In this document: in pieces, positions 27,679 through 37,757 of the stretch
Layout of the letters: each line of letters starts with the position of its first letter
Position numbering within the stretch: position 1 is the stretch's first letter
NCBI GenBank assembly: GCA_023247445.1
Contig: JAHFGL010000003.1
Coordinates: forward strand, 14,128 to 78,127
Source: Candidatus Omnitrophota bacterium
GTDB lineage: Bacteria > Omnitrophota > Gorgyraeia > Zapsychrales > Zapsychraceae
Direction: 5' to 3'
DNA: 64,000 nt
Made by a program: the position numbers and the translations under genes
The notes under the pieces: model-generated
What the model was told of the DNA's origin: nothing
Seen by the model: only the letters and a program-made list of their open reading frames with translations
Database searches by the model: none

Positions 27679-28258
27679 AGTATCGGCGGAAACGCATCTC
27701 ATCAATTTATTTGCTGAAGCGGGCCTTTTAAAAAAGGTCAAGCGCAGCGGTTGGTGGGTGGTTGGTATCCGCAATCCTGAAAGTGTGGCTGATCATTCTT
27801 TTCGCTGCGCCATTATCGGGTATCACATTGCCCAATTAGAAAAGGTTGACCCTTATAAAGTTTTGGTGATGACTTTATTTAATGACATCCATGAAGCGCG
27901 GATTAATGATTTGCATAAAATGGGTCATTATTACATTGATTTTAAAGATGCGGAAAAGAAAGTTTTCAAAGATCAGGTAAAATATTTGGGAAGTAAGGTT
28001 AAGCTCGAGATGGAGGATTGCCGCCGAGGATATGATGAGCAGAAGACTAAAGAAAGCATCGTCGCCCGCGATGCGGATATTTTAGAGTGTTTGCTGCAGG
28101 CAAAAGAATATTATGAGGAAGGCTATACGAAGGCCAAGAAATTTTTCCAAAAAGCCCCGGGTTATTTGAAAACAAAAACCGCAAAGCGTCTTTGGCAACA
28201 GATTAAACGTTGGGATAGCTCAAAGTGGTGGGAAGATGTGGTTAAATTTGAAAGATAG
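27638..28258 (+). CDS. HD-domain phosphohydrolase (YfbR-like 5'-deoxynucleotidase family)
   Basis: RSGWWVVGIRNPESVADHSFRCAIIGYHIA HD motif region. Confidence 0.6.
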   Translation: MKSHDKKSSEKKSKVSAETHLINLFAEAGLLKKVKRSGWWVVGIRNPESVADHSFRCAIIGYHIAQLEKVDPYKVLVMTLFNDIHEARINDLHKMGHYYIDFKDAEKKVFKDQVKYLGSKVKLEMEDCRRGYDEQKTKESIVARDADILECLLQAKEYYEEGYTKAKKFFQKAPGYLKTKTAKRLWQQIKRWDSSKWWEDVVKFER

Positions 28259-29120
28259 AGAAGTTAAATTCCAAATTACAAATCCAAAACCACAAACAAA
28301 TTCTAAATTCCAAACTCCAAATCATAAACGTTTTGGGCTTGGTGTTTGTTTATTGTCTGTGATTTGGAATTTGTGGTTTGTGCTTTTTCTTTCAGGTTGT
28401 GGAACTTTCGGAAATTATAATGCCGCCACGGGCCATCGAGAATTCATCGCCATCCCGACCAATCAAGAAGTTTCCATGGGGCAGGGAATTCATCAAGATA
28501 TTCTTAAGAAATATAGACTTTGTACAGATCAATCCAAGGTTCAACGAGTCGAGCGAATTGGTCTGCGGGTTGCCCAAATCTCGGACCGTCAGGATTATCA
28601 ATACCATTTTTATGTTTTAGAGAGTGATGATCTTAATGCTTTTACTACGCCGGGTGGAAGTGTTTATCTTTATACAGGGTTACTAGATAAGTTAACGACC
28701 GATGATCAAGTGGCGGCTGTTATCGCCCATGAGATCGGTCATTGCGCGGCTCGTCACACGATTAAAAAATATCAAGCGGCGCTTGGTTATCAATTGGTCG
28801 GCAACATTCTTTTAAGCCAAATTCAAGGATCCCAAGCTAAACAAGTTACTTCCTTGGGATCAAATTTAGCGATGAATCTTGTTTTTTCTGCTTATGGCCG
28901 TGGCGATGAATATGAAGCTGATCGTTTGGGTATTAAATATTTGTATTTAGCTGGATATGATTTGGAAGGGATGGTTGAAACGTTGGGGGTATTAAAGCAG
29001 GCCTCCAAAGGCTCTAAACCACCGCTTATTTTAAGCAGTCATCCCTACGTGGAAGATCGTATTGAAGAAGTGAAAAAAGAAATTGTCAAAGTCCGACAAC
29101 AATTTAAAGATGATTCGTAA
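28236..29120 (+). CDS. M48 family zinc metallopeptidase (BepA/LoiP-like) with lipoprotein-type signal; true start uncertain
   Basis: AHEIGHCAARH (HExxH), signal/lipobox LFLSGCGT; the first ~40 codons of the tracked ORF translate the hairpin repeat, so the real start is probably an in-frame TTG/GTG near 28340-28350. Confidence 0.7.
   Translation: MWLNLKDREVKFQITNPKPQTNSKFQTPNHKRFGLGVCLLSVIWNLWFVLFLSGCGTFGNYNAATGHREFIAIPTNQEVSMGQGIHQDILKKYRLCTDQSKVQRVERIGLRVAQISDRQDYQYHFYVLESDDLNAFTTPGGSVYLYTGLLDKLTTDDQVAAVIAHEIGHCAARHTIKKYQAALGYQLVGNILLSQIQGSQAKQVTSLGSNLAMNLVFSAYGRGDEYEADRLGIKYLYLAGYDLEGMVETLGVLKQASKGSKPPLILSSHPYVEDRIEEVKKEIVKVRQQFKDDS
28266..28382 (+). promoter_or_regulatory. hairpin element, copy C, overlapping the 5' end of the M48 peptidase ORF
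   Basis: aaattccaaattacaaatccaaaaccacaaacaaattc...ttggtgtttgtttattgtctgtgatttggaatttgtggtttgtg; shares tattgtctgtgatttgg exactly with copy A. Confidence 0.35.
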
Positions 29121-29198
29121 AATTCTTTTTTAAACATTTTTTAGCAAAAAAATAATGTTAAGATAAAAACGTTATCCGCGATACAAAGGAAGATTGGA

Positions 29199-29501
29199 AT
29201 GGAACGCATAGGGATCGCCGCCAGCAAAATTTCCAAAGGAAATCTTTTTCTTTATAATCTCAATGTTGTTTTGATCTCATTTTTGTTTTCGTTGTTTATT
29301 TTTGTGATCGCAGGATCAACGGTTCTTTTTGCTCTGATGATCATTGGCTATGTGGCCGGTGAGATTAAGGGGGCTGATTTTGATAAGAAATGGTTTTCGA
29401 TTTTTAGTATTTGTATGGTGACATTAACTATTTTGATTGGCTTATTTAACCTCTTTGCCATTTCAAGGAATTTAAAATTTAAAAAAGGAAAAGGCCTTTA
29501 A
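29199..29501 (+). CDS. small membrane protein, unknown
   Basis: 100 aa, 2-3 TM segments. Confidence 0.3.
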   Translation: MERIGIAASKISKGNLFLYNLNVVLISFLFSLFIFVIAGSTVLFALMIIGYVAGEIKGADFDKKWFSIFSICMVTLTILIGLFNLFAISRNLKFKKGKGL

Positions 29502-29513
29502 AATCTAAAAACT

Positions 29514-31832
29514 ATGCTCAATAAACACATTGTCTTCAAAGATTTTGTTCAACAGTTATCGATTGGCGCGCTACGTGCATCAGCGACAAAAAAGGCAAAG
29601 GTTTTGTATGCCAATAGCACATTTTGTCAAATGTTTGGCCACAAGGAGCGGGATGTTTGGGATTTATATGTTGAGGAATTGTTTGCAGAACGTCGGCGCT
29701 ATTTGATGTTTAATAAAGATCTGTTAGAGAACAATGTTGTCAAGAACTTTGAGATTCGTTTAAAAGGCCCTGCGAAGAAAACATTTTGGGGTTCGATCTC
29801 TGCTTTAACTGTCTTTGATGATCGAGGAAAGCCAAAATATTTTGATCTAGTCATTGAAGATATTTCGATTCAAAAAAAATATGAGAAGAGTCTTATTGAA
29901 TCAAAAGAATTATTTCAGACGGTCTTTAATAATACCGCGGCCGCCATTACGGTTACTGATAAAGACGAACGAATTATCGCCTGGAATCCTTTTGCTGAAA
30001 AAATGCTTGGATTAACTAAAGAAGAGCTTTTTAATAAACCGGTCAAAGATCTGTATCCTCCCAAAGAATGGCGTCGAATTCGAGCCTTTCGTATCCGTCA
30101 ACGAGGGATGCTTGCTGATATTGAAATCAAAATTTATAAAAAAAGCAATGGCACGCTTGATGCCAGCTTGTCAATTTCTGTTCTTAAAGATTCTGAAGGT
30201 AATGTGATTGGATCGATCGGAATTATTCGTGACATCACCGCGCAAAAAGCAGCGGAACGCAGAATTAAAGATTCAGAAAACAAGATTCGTGTCATTCTTG
30301 ATAACTCAGCGGCCGCCATCACCTTAATTGATGAGAAAGAACGGATTATTTCTTGGAATAGGTTCACCGAACATTTGTTGGGGATGAAAAGAAGCGATCT
30401 TTATTTAAGGCCGGTCAGCACTCTTTATCCAGAAGAAGAGTGGAAGAAGATTCGCGCTGAAAATATTCGTACAATTGGATCCAAACATCATTTAGCGACT
30501 AAGGTGATTAATAAAAGGGGTAATATTATTGATATTGACCTTTCTATTAACGTTTTGCGTGACTCCCAGGATAAGATTGTTGGGTCTGTTGGGATTATGC
30601 AAGATATTACTGAGCAAAAGCGTTTCCAGGAAATATTGATTCAAGCAAAGTTAGCTGCGGAGGAGGCCAATAGCGCCAAATCACTTTTCTTAGCCAATAT
30701 GTCGCATGAAGTTCGTACCCCGATGAATACAATTCTCGGCATGATTGATTTAACGCTAGATACGACCTTGGATGAGGAGCAGCGCGATAATCTCGTCGTG
30801 GCTAAAGAGGCCGCTGGTAATTTGCTGAGCCTTATCAACGACATTTTAGATCTTTCCCGTGTTGAGTCAGGAAAACTTACGTTAGAAAATATTGAATTTC
30901 ATTTACCTAATATTTTAAAGAATGTTTGTAAGGGGCTATCCGTTTTAGCGCGTGGCAAAAATTTAGAATTAATTCTAAAAATTCATCCCGATGTCCCTGA
31001 ACTTCTAGAAAGTGATCCTGTGCGACTGCGGCAGATTTTGATTAACTTAATTAATAACGCGATCAAATTTACACCCAAAGGAAAAATTGTTATTGAGGTT
31101 AAGGCTTCGGCAAAAACGGATCAAGAGATTACGCTCACATTTGCCGTCATTGATCAAGGAATTGGAATCGCCAAGGACAAACAAGATTTTATCTTTGAGG
31201 CTTTTACTCAAGCGGATACCTCGACAACCCGGCGTTTTGGCGGCACGGGTCTTGGGCTTGCCATTTCTAAGCGGTTAGTGGAAATGATGGGTGGGCGCAT
31301 TTGGGTTGAGAGTGAAGAAGAAAAAGGAAGCACATTTTATTTTACTGGAGTTTTCAAATATAAAGATAAAGCGTCTTCAGCTGTTTTAACGGAGGAAGAA
31401 TCTCCCGCAGGCATTGAAGATCCGGTGTTAGCCCAACGTATTAAAAGTTTACGGATTCTTTTAGCAGAAGACAATATTGTTAATCAGAAAATTTCGATGC
31501 GTTTATTAGAGAAGCAAGGTTGGCATGTAGTGACGGTTGATAATGGCAAGGAAGTTGTTGATCGCATGAGTAAGGATCATTTTGATATTGTCCTTATGGA
31601 TGCCCAAATGCCTATTTTGGATGGTTTTGAGGCGACAAAAATTATCCGTGATAATGAAAAGCATACGGGTAAACATATCCCCATCATTGCCTTAACAGCC
31701 CGTGCCATGCAGGAAGACCGTAAGCGTTGTTTAGATGCGGGAATGGATGGATATGTGGCGAAACCCATCGATCGCAAAAAACTTTTTGAAGAAATCATCA
31801 ATGTTTTTAAAAAAGGAATTGTTCATGAATGA
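29514..31832 (+). CDS. hybrid sensor histidine kinase (PAS domains, HisKA, HATPase_c, C-terminal receiver)
   Basis: [11 protein letters not shown]-box, [12 protein letters not shown]2 box, receiver [13 protein letters not shown]...[19 protein letters not shown]. Confidence 0.85.
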   Translation: MLNKHIVFKDFVQQLSIGALRASATKKAKVLYANSTFCQMFGHKERDVWDLYVEELFAERRRYLMFNKDLLENNVVKNFEIRLKGPAKKTFWGSISALTVFDDRGKPKYFDLVIEDISIQKKYEKSLIESKELFQTVFNNTAAAITVTDKDERIIAWNPFAEKMLGLTKEELFNKPVKDLYPPKEWRRIRAFRIRQRGMLADIEIKIYKKSNGTLDASLSISVLKDSEGNVIGSIGIIRDITAQKAAERRIKDSENKIRVILDNSAAAITLIDEKERIISWNRFTEHLLGMKRSDLYLRPVSTLYPEEEWKKIRAENIRTIGSKHHLATKVINKRGNIIDIDLSINVLRDSQDKIVGSVGIMQDITEQKRFQEILIQAKLAAEEANSAKSLFLANMSHEVRTPMNTILGMIDLTLDTTLDEEQRDNLVVAKEAAGNLLSLINDILDLSRVESGKLTLENIEFHLPNILKNVCKGLSVLARGKNLELILKIHPDVPELLESDPVRLRQILINLINNAIKFTPKGKIVIEVKASAKTDQEITLTFAVIDQGIGIAKDKQDFIFEAFTQADTSTTRRFGGTGLGLAISKRLVEMMGGRIWVESEEEKGSTFYFTGVFKYKDKASSAVLTEEESPAGIEDPVLAQRIKSLRILLAEDNIVNQKISMRLLEKQGWHVVTVDNGKEVVDRMSKDHFDIVLMDAQMPILDGFEATKIIRDNEKHTGKHIPIIALTARAMQEDRKRCLDAGMDGYVAKPIDRKKLFEEIINVFKKGIVHE

Positions 31833-32178
31833 TGAGATATTAGATTTGAATGAGTTTTTAGAAAGAGTTCAAGACGATAAAGAATTATTGCTTGAACTTT
31901 TTGATATTTTTATCGCTGACTACAAAGAAAAAAGTCAATTGCTGCAAACAGCCATCGACACCAATAATTATGAGCAAATTAAAAATATTGCCCATTCGCT
32001 GAAAGGATCATCAGGAAATATTTCAGCAAAACTCTTGCGGGCAAGCTGTTTAAAGTTAGAAGAGATAGGGAAAAATGGTGACTTGGCGCAAGCCAAGGAA
32101 TATTTGATTCAGATGGATAAACACTTTCAAGATCTTTTAGTTCGTATTGAGGCCACTAAGCAACAGTTAAAGAGTTGA
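31825..32178 (+). CDS. Hpt (histidine phosphotransfer) domain protein
   Basis: HSLKGSSGNISA conserved His motif; ATG at 31825 overlaps the kinase stop. Confidence 0.6.
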   Translation: MNDEILDLNEFLERVQDDKELLLELFDIFIADYKEKSQLLQTAIDTNNYEQIKNIAHSLKGSSGNISAKLLRASCLKLEEIGKNGDLAQAKEYLIQMDKHFQDLLVRIEATKQQLKS

Positions 32179-34046
32179 AAAATCCTTTTCTATCAGAACT
32201 TCAGTTGCGTCTTAAAGCCTTAACTCAAAGGCGAATAACCATTATTTTATGCGTGGTGGGATTCTTGGCGTATGCCAATGCTATTCCACATCCTTTTGTC
32301 CACGATGATGTTGTTTTTATCCAGCAGAATCCTCACATCGCTGATTTAAATTTAAAAAATATTTTTTGGCAAACAATCCCTCAGCATGGGCAACTCGGCT
32401 TCATTAATAATTATTATCGTCCGCTTTTAGAGTTTTTTAACCGTCTTCAATATCAAATCTTTCATCTTAATCCATACGGATATCATTTAACCAATGTTGT
32501 GATTCACTTGATCAACGGACTTTTGGTTTATCAACTTGTTTATCTTTTAAGAAAAAGAAGGGCGTTGTTGTTTAAAGATGCGGCTTGGATTTCTGAGGAT
32601 GGGTGGGACAAAGGGTTTGCGTTAACAGCGGCTTTACTATTTTTAGTTCATCCTGCTCAATCGGAGGCGGTGGCTTGTATTTCCGGGATCTCCAATCTTT
32701 TAAATACGCTATTATCTTTTGGAGTGCTTTATTTGTATTTAACTTCTTTTGGTGATGATAAAAAGCGTAATTTGACTAGATATGCTTGGTCGCTGGTTTT
32801 GTACTTTTTGTCTTTGTTATCCAAAGAACAGTCGGCAATATTGCCACTGATTATTGTTTTGTGTGAATGGGCATTACCAGCCCGCGGGCAGAATCAATCA
32901 AGTAAGGCTTTAAAGTTAAGTGGTTATTTTCTCATCGTAGGATTTTATTTCTTAATGCGGCAGGCCATTTTGGGGCATTTTTTAACACCGCCGTTGGATT
33001 CTCCCGCTGAGATGCAACTACGTTTGTTAGCTTTACCGAGAATATTTTTTACATACCTTGGTATTCTTTTTGTCCCACATGATTTGCACTATTACCGCTG
33101 TCTCGATTTTCTTAAGCCATATATATTTTCTCTCGTTTTTTTCTCTTTGTTTATCATCGTCATTGGACTACTCATCAAATTGATAGCCCCAGCCCGGCGT
33201 AGATTATTGTTTTTTGGATTGGGATGGTTTTTGATCGCCCTTTTGCCTGTGCTTAATATTTTTCCGTTGGTTAATGAATATTCTCTTTTATTAACGGCCG
33301 AACATTTCCTCTATTTTGCCATTGTTGGAATGATTATTTTTATCTTAAGCCTAGGTGAATCCTGGATTGAAAGTGTTAGGAAGATGGAGGCGGTCTATAT
33401 TGTTTCCATGATACTCGTCAGCGTCCTTGTCACGTTTTTTTTAATGACGATTAAACAAAATACTTATTGGCGAGGAGAAATTCCGCTTTTTAAAAGAACG
33501 ATTAAGTATGAACGCAATTTTGGTCGAGCCCGTATTCTTTTGGCCAAGGCCTATGCGCGCAGTGGCCAATATGAGGAAGCCATAAGGCAATACGGCTGGG
33601 CGTATGACATCATGAAAAAATATGCCGATAAAGTAAAAGATGAAAAGATAAAGGCCTTTTATTTAGACTATATTAAGGAAATATATTTGGATTTAGCCCA
33701 TTGTCATGAAGCGATGGGAGATTTTGAAGCGACCGCCAAGTATTATCTTAAAGTCATTCAAATCGATCCTCAGAATAGTTTTCTTTACAGTAATTTGGGT
33801 CTTAATTATTTAAAGATTAATAATATCAATAAGGCTCTTGGCGCTTTTGAAAAAGCGGTTGCGTTAAATGATAATGATTTAATGGCCAAGAATAGTTTGG
33901 CTATTTGCTATAAAGAGGTCGGACGATTAGAAGAGGCCCAAGAGCTTTTGCGCGAGATTGTTGAACGTGATCCACAGTCTGCCTCAGCTAAACAAAATTT
34001 AGAAAATCTTATTTCTCCCAGTAATTTATCAAATGAGACACCATAA
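32175..34046 (+). CDS. TMTC-like GT-C glycosyltransferase (DUF1736-type TM domain) fused to C-terminal TPR repeats
   Basis: first-loop PHPFVHDDVVFIQQNP (F-x-DD...N motif of TMTC/PMT-like), about 10 TM segments, then TPRs (AKAYARSGQYEEAIRQY, ...GLNYLKINNINKALGAFEKAVALN); TTG start. Confidence 0.5.
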   Translation: MKNPFLSELQLRLKALTQRRITIILCVVGFLAYANAIPHPFVHDDVVFIQQNPHIADLNLKNIFWQTIPQHGQLGFINNYYRPLLEFFNRLQYQIFHLNPYGYHLTNVVIHLINGLLVYQLVYLLRKRRALLFKDAAWISEDGWDKGFALTAALLFLVHPAQSEAVACISGISNLLNTLLSFGVLYLYLTSFGDDKKRNLTRYAWSLVLYFLSLLSKEQSAILPLIIVLCEWALPARGQNQSSKALKLSGYFLIVGFYFLMRQAILGHFLTPPLDSPAEMQLRLLALPRIFFTYLGILFVPHDLHYYRCLDFLKPYIFSLVFFSLFIIVIGLLIKLIAPARRRLLFFGLGWFLIALLPVLNIFPLVNEYSLLLTAEHFLYFAIVGMIIFILSLGESWIESVRKMEAVYIVSMILVSVLVTFFLMTIKQNTYWRGEIPLFKRTIKYERNFGRARILLAKAYARSGQYEEAIRQYGWAYDIMKKYADKVKDEKIKAFYLDYIKEIYLDLAHCHEAMGDFEATAKYYLKVIQIDPQNSFLYSNLGLNYLKINNINKALGAFEKAVALNDNDLMAKNSLAICYKEVGRLEEAQELLREIVERDPQSASAKQNLENLISPSNLSNETP

Positions 34047-34048
34047 TT

Positions 34049-34729
34049 ATGACAACTATTAATATTGTTATCGGCATTGGAATTCTTTTTATATTGGTTT
34101 TGTTGGTGGGTCTTTTTTTTATGCCGACTGAAAAGAAAGTTGAGAAGAAAAAGAAAAAAGAGAAGACTGAACCCGAAGCTGACACGAAAGATTGGCAGCA
34201 AACGGTTACGAAGCTTCAGCACCATGTTCAATCGCTCCATAAACAAATTGAGGATCTTGACCGCAGCGTCAAATCAAAAGATAAGCAACTTATCATCGAG
34301 ATAGCTAAGGCCAAGAAGTTACAAGAAAAAATAACGCAAGAGCGCAGTTGGCATGAAAAAGAAAAGTCTGAGGTGGATCGTAAAGGAGGCGAGTTTAAGA
34401 AATTGCAGGACGAACTTGCTAAGTCACAAGATCATTTTTCAAAAGAACATGCTTTAACACTGCGTTTGGAACAGGAACTTAAAGAGCTTAGATTGGTGAT
34501 GGATTCTACGAATAGTCAACGGCGTGCCGCTGAAGCCGAGAGTGCGCAACTAAAAGCTCAAGTTGAAAGTTATCGTAAAGACACAGCGCAGTTACGTAGA
34601 GAAAATACGGAATTATCCAAGAAAAAAGAAGATGCCTCGTGGATTGCGAAATCTGAATATGAGCGCGTTGAGAAATTGTTGAGGGAAAAGGAAAAAGAAT
34701 TTGAGCGCATCAAGCGAGAGGCCAGTTAG
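34049..34729 (+). CDS. membrane-anchored coiled-coil protein
   Basis: N-terminal TM, then a K/E-rich heptad-like region. Confidence 0.4.
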   Translation: MTTINIVIGIGILFILVLLVGLFFMPTEKKVEKKKKKEKTEPEADTKDWQQTVTKLQHHVQSLHKQIEDLDRSVKSKDKQLIIEIAKAKKLQEKITQERSWHEKEKSEVDRKGGEFKKLQDELAKSQDHFSKEHALTLRLEQELKELRLVMDSTNSQRRAAEAESAQLKAQVESYRKDTAQLRRENTELSKKKEDASWIAKSEYERVEKLLREKEKEFERIKREAS

Positions 34730-35885
34730 ATTTGCCAAGCGAACGAATTGGATTCTGTCGTCGAATGAGCTCATGACGGCTTTGCAAAAGCTGCGTGATG
34801 AGAAGGTCACGATTTTTGATCTGACGGAATCTAATCCTACCCGATGTCAGTTTAAATATCCCCAAGATAAAATCTTAAGCGCGTTAGCGTCAGTAAAAAA
34901 TTTAGCGTATGAACCAAATCCACGCGGTTCGCTTGCGGCTCGTGAAGCGATTGCGAAATATTATCAAGCGAAGAAGTTTGACGTTTCCCCCGAAGAAATA
35001 TTTCTAACGTCCAGCACATCAGAAGGTTATTCGTATCTGTTTCGATTATTGGCCGATGTTGATGATGAGGTTCTTTTTCCCCAGCCAAGTTATCCGCTTT
35101 TTCAATATTTGGTTGATTTAAATGACCTTAAAATAAATTTTTATCCGCTGACATATGCCGATAGTTGGCACATGAATTTGGAACAGTTGGATGGACAGAT
35201 TAACAGCAAAACCAAAGCGATCGTTGTGGTTAATCCGAATAATCCAACGGGTTCTTTTATAAAAAAGAGTGAACTAAAACAACTTAGTGCCATTTGCAAA
35301 CAAAGAAATATTCCAATTATCGCGGATGAGGTCTTTTATGATTTTGGTTTTGATGATTCACCAGAGGAGAGTTTGGTCAATAACCACGAGGTGTTGACAT
35401 TTGTTTTAGGCGGCGTTTCTAAAACGTTAGCTCTTCCTCAAATGAAATTGTCATGGATTATTGTTAAAGGCCCCAAAGAATTAGTTAAAGCAGCTAACGA
35501 ACGATTGGAAATTATTGCCGACACGTATTTATCTGTTAATGCGCCAACACAAAATGCTTTTAGTGAATGGTTATTATTAAAAGATGAGATTCAGAATGAA
35601 GTTAGAGAACGTTTAAAAAGAAATTATGATTTTATTAAGAAAGAAGTGGCTCAATCGAAAAGTTGTCAGCTTCTTAAGACAGAAGGTGGTTGGTATGCGG
35701 TTTTACGATTACCAGATGATATTGATGAAGAAGATTTTGTGTTGCAATTATTAAGAGAAGATCATGTTTTTGTTCATCCTGGATATTTCTTTGATTTTGA
35801 AGAAGGGGCACATTTGGTTTTAAGCCTTCTTGCGCCTTTTGATATTTTTTGCGATGGTGTCAAAAGGCTGGTAAATAGAATCTAG
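34701..35885 (+). CDS. pyridoxal-phosphate-dependent aminotransferase, class I/II
   Basis: VVNPNNPTG, IADEVFYDF and GGVSKTLALPQMKLSW (Lys-PLP region); alternative ATG at 34773. Confidence 0.7.
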   Translation: MSASSERPVRFAKRTNWILSSNELMTALQKLRDEKVTIFDLTESNPTRCQFKYPQDKILSALASVKNLAYEPNPRGSLAAREAIAKYYQAKKFDVSPEEIFLTSSTSEGYSYLFRLLADVDDEVLFPQPSYPLFQYLVDLNDLKINFYPLTYADSWHMNLEQLDGQINSKTKAIVVVNPNNPTGSFIKKSELKQLSAICKQRNIPIIADEVFYDFGFDDSPEESLVNNHEVLTFVLGGVSKTLALPQMKLSWIIVKGPKELVKAANERLEIIADTYLSVNAPTQNAFSEWLLLKDEIQNEVRERLKRNYDFIKKEVAQSKSCQLLKTEGGWYAVLRLPDDIDEEDFVLQLLREDHVFVHPGYFFDFEEGAHLVLSLLAPFDIFCDGVKRLVNRI

Positions 35886-35953
35886 CGGCCGTATTTTAAG
35901 GCTTGAAAAGTTCTTTCAATTTGGTAAGATGAGTCAAATTTGAGGAGAGAAAA

Positions 35954-36430
35954 TTGATGACTAAACGCCCTGATTGGGATGAATATTTTTTGAAGTTAGC
36001 GATGCTGGCCTCTGAACGCGCCACATGCCCGCGGATGCATTGCGGCTGTGTCTTGGTTAAAAATAAAAATGTTATTGCCACAGGTTATAATGGTTCGATT
36101 CCCGGCGATGATCATTGTGAAGATGCTGGATGTATGGTGGTCGACAATCATTGTGTACGTACAGTTCATGCGGAGATGAATGCGCTTATCCAAGCCGCTC
36201 GGCGTGGTCATGCGGTTGATGGCGCAACGGCCTACATCACGAATATGTCATGCACAACCTGTGCGAAGGCGCTTATTATCGGTGGAGTCACACGTGTTGT
36301 TGTCTTTTCTGATTATCATGATACGCTTGCCACTGAATTTTTTGCCAAAGCGGGTGTCAAAATTGATAAGCATGCGATTCCCTCGAAAGAGATTAGTTAT
36401 AACCTGAAAGATTATTCTTCAGCTCGCTAA
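35954..36430 (+). CDS. dCMP deaminase (ComEB-like)
   Basis: HAEMNAL and MSCTTCAKALI zinc-binding motifs of cytidine/dCMP deaminases. Confidence 0.8.
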   Translation: MMTKRPDWDEYFLKLAMLASERATCPRMHCGCVLVKNKNVIATGYNGSIPGDDHCEDAGCMVVDNHCVRTVHAEMNALIQAARRGHAVDGATAYITNMSCTTCAKALIIGGVTRVVVFSDYHDTLATEFFAKAGVKIDKHAIPSKEISYNLKDYSSAR

Positions 36431-36461
36431 GCGAGACAGGCATTGAATGGAATCTAATTTT

Positions 36462-36490
36462 ATAGGCAACCGATTAAGGGTTGCCTATTT
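36462..36490 (+). terminator. possible terminator hairpin after the dCMP deaminase gene
   Basis: ataggcaacc-gattaag-ggttgcctat 10-bp stem followed by tttggtct. Confidence 0.35.
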
Positions 36491-36521
36491 GGTCTGTATC
36501 AAGTAGGAGCTATGAACCAAT

Positions 36522-36917
36522 ATGCCAGATATCAAAATATTAATGGCGGATGATGAACCGGATGTTTTAGCCATTCTGGCCAAGAAAGTGGCTAAGGAAG
36601 GTTACTTCGTCTTGACGGCCAAAGATGGAGAAGAGGCTTGGCAAAAGATTCAAATGGAATCTCCCGATATTATTATTTTGGATTTGACGATGCCAAAGAA
36701 GGATGGCTTGGAAATTCTAAGAGATCTGCGGGCCAATCCTCCGTCAAGCAAATGGCAGGCGGTTATCATTGTTTCTGCACGTGATGAACTGGAAGATATG
36801 CAAAAAGGATATTCTTTGGAAGCAGATCACTACATCTCCAAGCCCTGCACCGTAGAAGATATTCTAAAAGCCATTCGGCTGATGATCGCGTTAATTCCTC
36901 AGCGTAAATCCAAATGA
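36522..36917 (+). CDS. single-domain response regulator (CheY-like receiver)
   Basis: ILMADDEPDVL...DIIILDLTMPKKDGLEILRDLR...KPC. Confidence 0.8.
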   Translation: MPDIKILMADDEPDVLAILAKKVAKEGYFVLTAKDGEEAWQKIQMESPDIIILDLTMPKKDGLEILRDLRANPPSSKWQAVIIVSARDELEDMQKGYSLEADHYISKPCTVEDILKAIRLMIALIPQRKSK

Positions 36918-36944
36918 GAAGGTTCATTTAAGAAATAACAGAGG

Positions 36945-37754
36945 ATGAAAATTTTTATCTACATTATTATTGGCGCAGGACTAATCATTGCGTACGTGCG
37001 CTTTTTAGAAAAGAAAATGGTTTTTGTACCATCGCGTGTTTTAGCGCATCGTCCTTTAGATATTGGGTTAGCTTATGACGATGTTTCTTTGACGACAGAA
37101 GATGGGGTTAAGCTCAATGGTTGGTTTATTAAGTCTTCTGACACGAACATAAATAGCACGCTTGTTTATTTTCATGGCAACGCAGGAAATATTGGTGATC
37201 GATTAGACAAGATTGGGATTTTTGCAAGGCTTGGGCTTAATGTTTTTATTATCGATTATCGGGGTTACGGCAAAAGTCAAGGCCGGCCAAGCGAAGAGGG
37301 AGCCTACAAGGATGCCTTGGCGGCGTATGATTATTTATTACGGCGCGATGATATCGATCCCAAGAAAATAATTGGATATGGGGGTTCCTTGGGTGGCGCC
37401 ATTGCCATTGACCTGGCAACGAAGCGTCCGGTTGCGGCGCTTATTGTTGATTCGTCCTTTAGCTCTGCTGCGGATATGTCGAAACGTATTTTTCCGTTTC
37501 TTCCGACGGCCATCTTAAGCACAAAGATGGATTCACTATCAAAGGTAAAAAACATAACGGCGCCTAAATTATTTATTCATAGCCGTGAAGATACGGTTGT
37601 GCCGTTTGTATTTGGAGAAAAATTGTATCAAGCGGCGGCCGCGCCAAAAGAATTCCTAGAAATTAAGGGCGGACATAATGATTCACATTTATTTGATCAG
37701 GACAATTTTGAAGGTGGCATTCGGAGTTTCTTGAAGAGTTTAAATTTAATTTAA
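36945..37754 (+). CDS. alpha/beta hydrolase
   Basis: N-terminal TM; HGNAGN oxyanion region; GGSLGG nucleophile elbow. Confidence 0.65.
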   Translation: MKIFIYIIIGAGLIIAYVRFLEKKMVFVPSRVLAHRPLDIGLAYDDVSLTTEDGVKLNGWFIKSSDTNINSTLVYFHGNAGNIGDRLDKIGIFARLGLNVFIIDYRGYGKSQGRPSEEGAYKDALAAYDYLLRRDDIDPKKIIGYGGSLGGAIAIDLATKRPVAALIVDSSFSSAADMSKRIFPFLPTAILSTKMDSLSKVKNITAPKLFIHSREDTVVPFVFGEKLYQAAAAPKEFLEIKGGHNDSHLFDQDNFEGGIRSFLKSLNLI

Positions 37755-37757
37755 AGT

